This document shows positions 61,675-64,000 of a stretch of DNA of 64,000 nucleotides, piece by piece. Both the position numbers and the translations under genes were made by a program. Every line of letters begins with the position of its first letter. Position 1 is the stretch's first letter. The notes beneath the pieces were generated by a model that made no database searches, was not told where the DNA came from, and saw only the letters and a program-made list of their open reading frames with translations. The stretch lies in the NCBI GenBank assembly GCA_965228895.1, contig OZ245842.1:2784001-2848000 (forward strand). Reading direction: 5' to 3'. Origin of the DNA: Alphaproteobacteria bacterium (GTDB lineage Bacteria > Pseudomonadota > Alphaproteobacteria > SP197).

Positions 61675-63771
61675 TTAACCTTCGATCCTGGAGAAGTCGG
61701 CCACACGGTCGAGCGCATGGCGAATACCTGATAGCAGACGCAGGCGGTTTTGACGCAAGCCAGCGTCGTCGCAATTGACAGTCACCTCATCAAAAAACGC
61801 ATCGACCGGTGCGCGAAGACCGGAAAGCGCCGCCATGGCATCGGCGAAACGTTCTTCGTTCAGGGCCTCATCAGCCTGACTTGCGGCCTCCGCGAGCCCG
61901 GCGACAACGGCCTTTTCTTCGTCCTCTTCAAGCGCGCTCGTGTCGACGTTGCCATCATAGACGACGCCGTCCTTCTTTTCCTCGATCTTCACGATGTTGC
62001 CGGCACGCCGATAGGCGGTCAGCAGGTTGGCGCCGTCCTCGCTCGCCAGGAACGCGCCCAACGCTTCGACCTTGGCGAGCAGGCGCACCAGATCGTCTTC
62101 ACCGCTTTGTGCAAACACCGCATCAATGAGGTCGTGACGCACGCCCTCGCCGCGCAGATGCACCTTCAACCGGTCGGCGATGAAGGCGAGTAGCTCGACG
62201 TTCTGCGTTATGACACCTTTGTCACGTCCCGGCCAACTGACCATCCCGCGCCCGTCGGGTTTGTACAGTTCGACCGCCAATTCAAAAGCGTCCATCAATC
62301 CAACTCGTAGTCCGTTTTCCACGACAAGTCGGATTAGACCAAGCGCAGCGCGCCGCAGGGCGAAGGGATCTTTCGAACCAGTTGGTTTCTCTTGGATCAA
62401 GAAAAACCCTACCAGCGTATCGATCTTATCCGCCAATGCGACGGCCACGCTTTCCGGTGCGCTGGGGCAAACATCGCCCGGCCCTTGAGGCGCATAGTGT
62501 TCGGCGATGGCCAAGGCGACGGCGTCATCCTCGCCGTCATGGCGGGCGTAGTAGGACCCCATCAGGCCTTGAAGATCGGGGAACTCGCCGACCATCTCGG
62601 TGGTCAGGTCGGCTTTGGCGAGGTTTGCGGCGCGGGCGGCCTTCTCGGCATCGCAATCCGGAATCGCCTCGGCCAGCCGTCGCGCGAGCTTGATGAGGCG
62701 CGTTGTCTTGTTCGCGACCGTACCAAGCTTGGCGTGAAACACCACGGCACCCAGATCGTCGACGCGATCTGCAAGCTCCCGCTTGCGGTCCTGATCCCAG
62801 AAATGACGGGCGTCTGCGAGGCGCGCGTTCAGCACCCGCTCGTTGCCGCCGGTGACCGTCTTGCCGTCGTCGAGGCCCGGCGCGTTGGCGGCAAAGATGA
62901 AACGCGGCGCGAGCTTTCCCTGCCTGTCGCGCACCGGCAGATAGCGTTGGTGGGAGGTCATGGAGCTGACCAGGACTTCCGGCGGCACTTCCATGAAGGC
63001 ATCGTCGAAGGAGCCCATCAGCACGACCGGCCACTCGACCAGGCCGGCGATCTCGTCGAATAGGCCCTTCGGCGCGTCGACGGCAAGGCCGGCCTCTGTC
63101 GCCAGACGCGCCGCGCCCTCTTCGACCAACGCGCGCCGCTCGCCGCCTTCGAGCACGACCTTGGCCTCGCGCAGTTTCGTCTCATAGTCGGCGAACCCCG
63201 ATACCGAAAACGCGCCGGGCGCCAGGAACCGATGCCCCTCGGTCTCGTCGCCCGATGTCACGGGACCGAAGGCGAACGGCACGACGGCGCCGTCGAACAG
63301 GGCGGTGATGCGGTGCATGGGCCGGACCCAGCGTTCGTCATGATCGCCCCAGCGCATGGATTTCGGCCACGGCAGCGCGGCCATGGTGGCGGGCAGGATC
63401 TCGGCCAGCACCTCGCCGGTCGCCCGGCCCTGACGTTCGACCACGGCGAACCAGCAGGGACCCTTGTCAGTATCGCGTTCGACGAGGTCGCCGGCGGCAA
63501 TCCCGGCGGAGCGCGCAAACCCTTCGACCGCCTTGTCCGGTGCGCCGACCTTCGGGCCCTTACGCTCTTCCTTCAGGTCTGGCTGGCTCGCTGCCAGACC
63601 GTCGATCACGAGGGTCAGCCGGCGTGGCGTGGCGAAATGGCGCGCGGGCTCGTGCTCAAGCCGCGCCTCGCCAAGCGCCTTGGTAACAAGGTCCGCAAGA
63701 TCGCCCGCGGCGCGTTCCTGCATGCGCGCGGGGATCTCCTCGGAGAAGATTTCAAACAGAAGCTCAGCCAT
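61675..63771 (-). CDS. glyS: Glycine-tRNA ligase beta subunit
   Basis: EEIPA, TPRRL, WPKSMRW, EFP.LQG.MG, GS.DPFALRR, NRL.LL. Confidence 0.96.
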   Translation of the reverse strand: MAELLFEIFSEEIPARMQERAAGDLADLVTKALGEARLEHEPARHFATPRRLTLVIDGLAASQPDLKEERKGPKVGAPDKAVEGFARSAGIAAGDLVERDTDKGPCWFAVVERQGRATGEVLAEILPATMAALPWPKSMRWGDHDERWVRPMHRITALFDGAVVPFAFGPVTSGDETEGHRFLAPGAFSVSGFADYETKLREAKVVLEGGERRALVEEGAARLATEAGLAVDAPKGLFDEIAGLVEWPVVLMGSFDDAFMEVPPEVLVSSMTSHQRYLPVRDRQGKLAPRFIFAANAPGLDDGKTVTGGNERVLNARLADARHFWDQDRKRELADRVDDLGAVVFHAKLGTVANKTTRLIKLARRLAEAIPDCDAEKAARAANLAKADLTTEMVGEFPDLQGLMGSYYARHDGEDDAVALAIAEHYAPQGPGDVCPSAPESVAVALADKIDTLVGFFLIQEKPTGSKDPFALRRAALGLIRLVVENGLRVGLMDAFELAVELYKPDGRGMVSWPGRDKGVITQNVELLAFIADRLKVHLRGEGVRHDLIDAVFAQSGEDDLVRLLAKVEALGAFLASEDGANLLTAYRRAGNIVKIEEKKDGVVYDGNVDTSALEEDEEKAVVAGLAEAASQADEALNEERFADAMAALSGLRAPVDAFFDEVTVNCDDAGLRQNRLRLLSGIRHALDRVADFSRIEG

Positions 63772-64000
63772 CGGCGGCCTCGTCGAGATGGCCGCGGCTG
63801 GTCAACCACTCGGTGGCGCAGGCGCGGCTCAGCGCCCGCACCCGGCCGATATAGGCAGCGCGCTCGGTGACCGAGATGACGCCGCGCGCATCCAACAGAT
63901 TGAAGGTGTGGCTGGCCTTGATGCACTGGTCATAAGCAGGCAGCGGCAGATGCGCTTCGACCAGCGCGTGACACGCCTTTTCCGCGTCCTCGAAATGGCG
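63764..64000 (-). CDS. glyQ: Glycine-tRNA ligase alpha subunit, C-terminal part
   Basis: Read manually: [41 protein letters not shown] at 63764. Confidence 0.95.
   Translation of the reverse strand, partial: RHFEDAEKACHALVEAHLPLPAYDQCIKASHTFNLLDARGVISVTERAAYIGRVRALSRACATEWLTSRGHLDEAADG

Overview
GC-rich (by eye) alphaproteobacterial chromosome segment, Rhodospirillales-like by gene content. Core genes form the scaffold: der-bamB-yfgM, pyrC, guaB-guaA, ppx-rlmE, tRNA-Gln(CUG), recQ, ygfZ and glyQ-glyS-ppdK. Accessory genes fill the gaps: three orphan PotD-like binding proteins, DMT transporters, SDRs, an autotransporter, a tungstate ABC transporter, cobalamin-riboswitch-controlled cbtBA, an AmmeMemoRadiSam locus and an LPS glycosyltransferase/asnB cluster. 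Best candidates for new biology: (1) a hidden selenoprotein operon at 46.7-49.2 kb, where an in-frame UGA in U-G-S-C-T-S-C with a SECIS-like hairpin joins two ORF-track fragments, coupled to a CxxC thioredoxin-fusion partner; (2) a urease-like gamma-beta + alpha pair with all metal ligands intact, a remodelled substrate pocket and no accessory genes; (3) an AmrB-AmrA fusion followed by a metal-ligand-degenerate metallo-beta-lactamase-fold gene. Several small structured repeats are also present. All calls come from reading motifs; no database searches were run.
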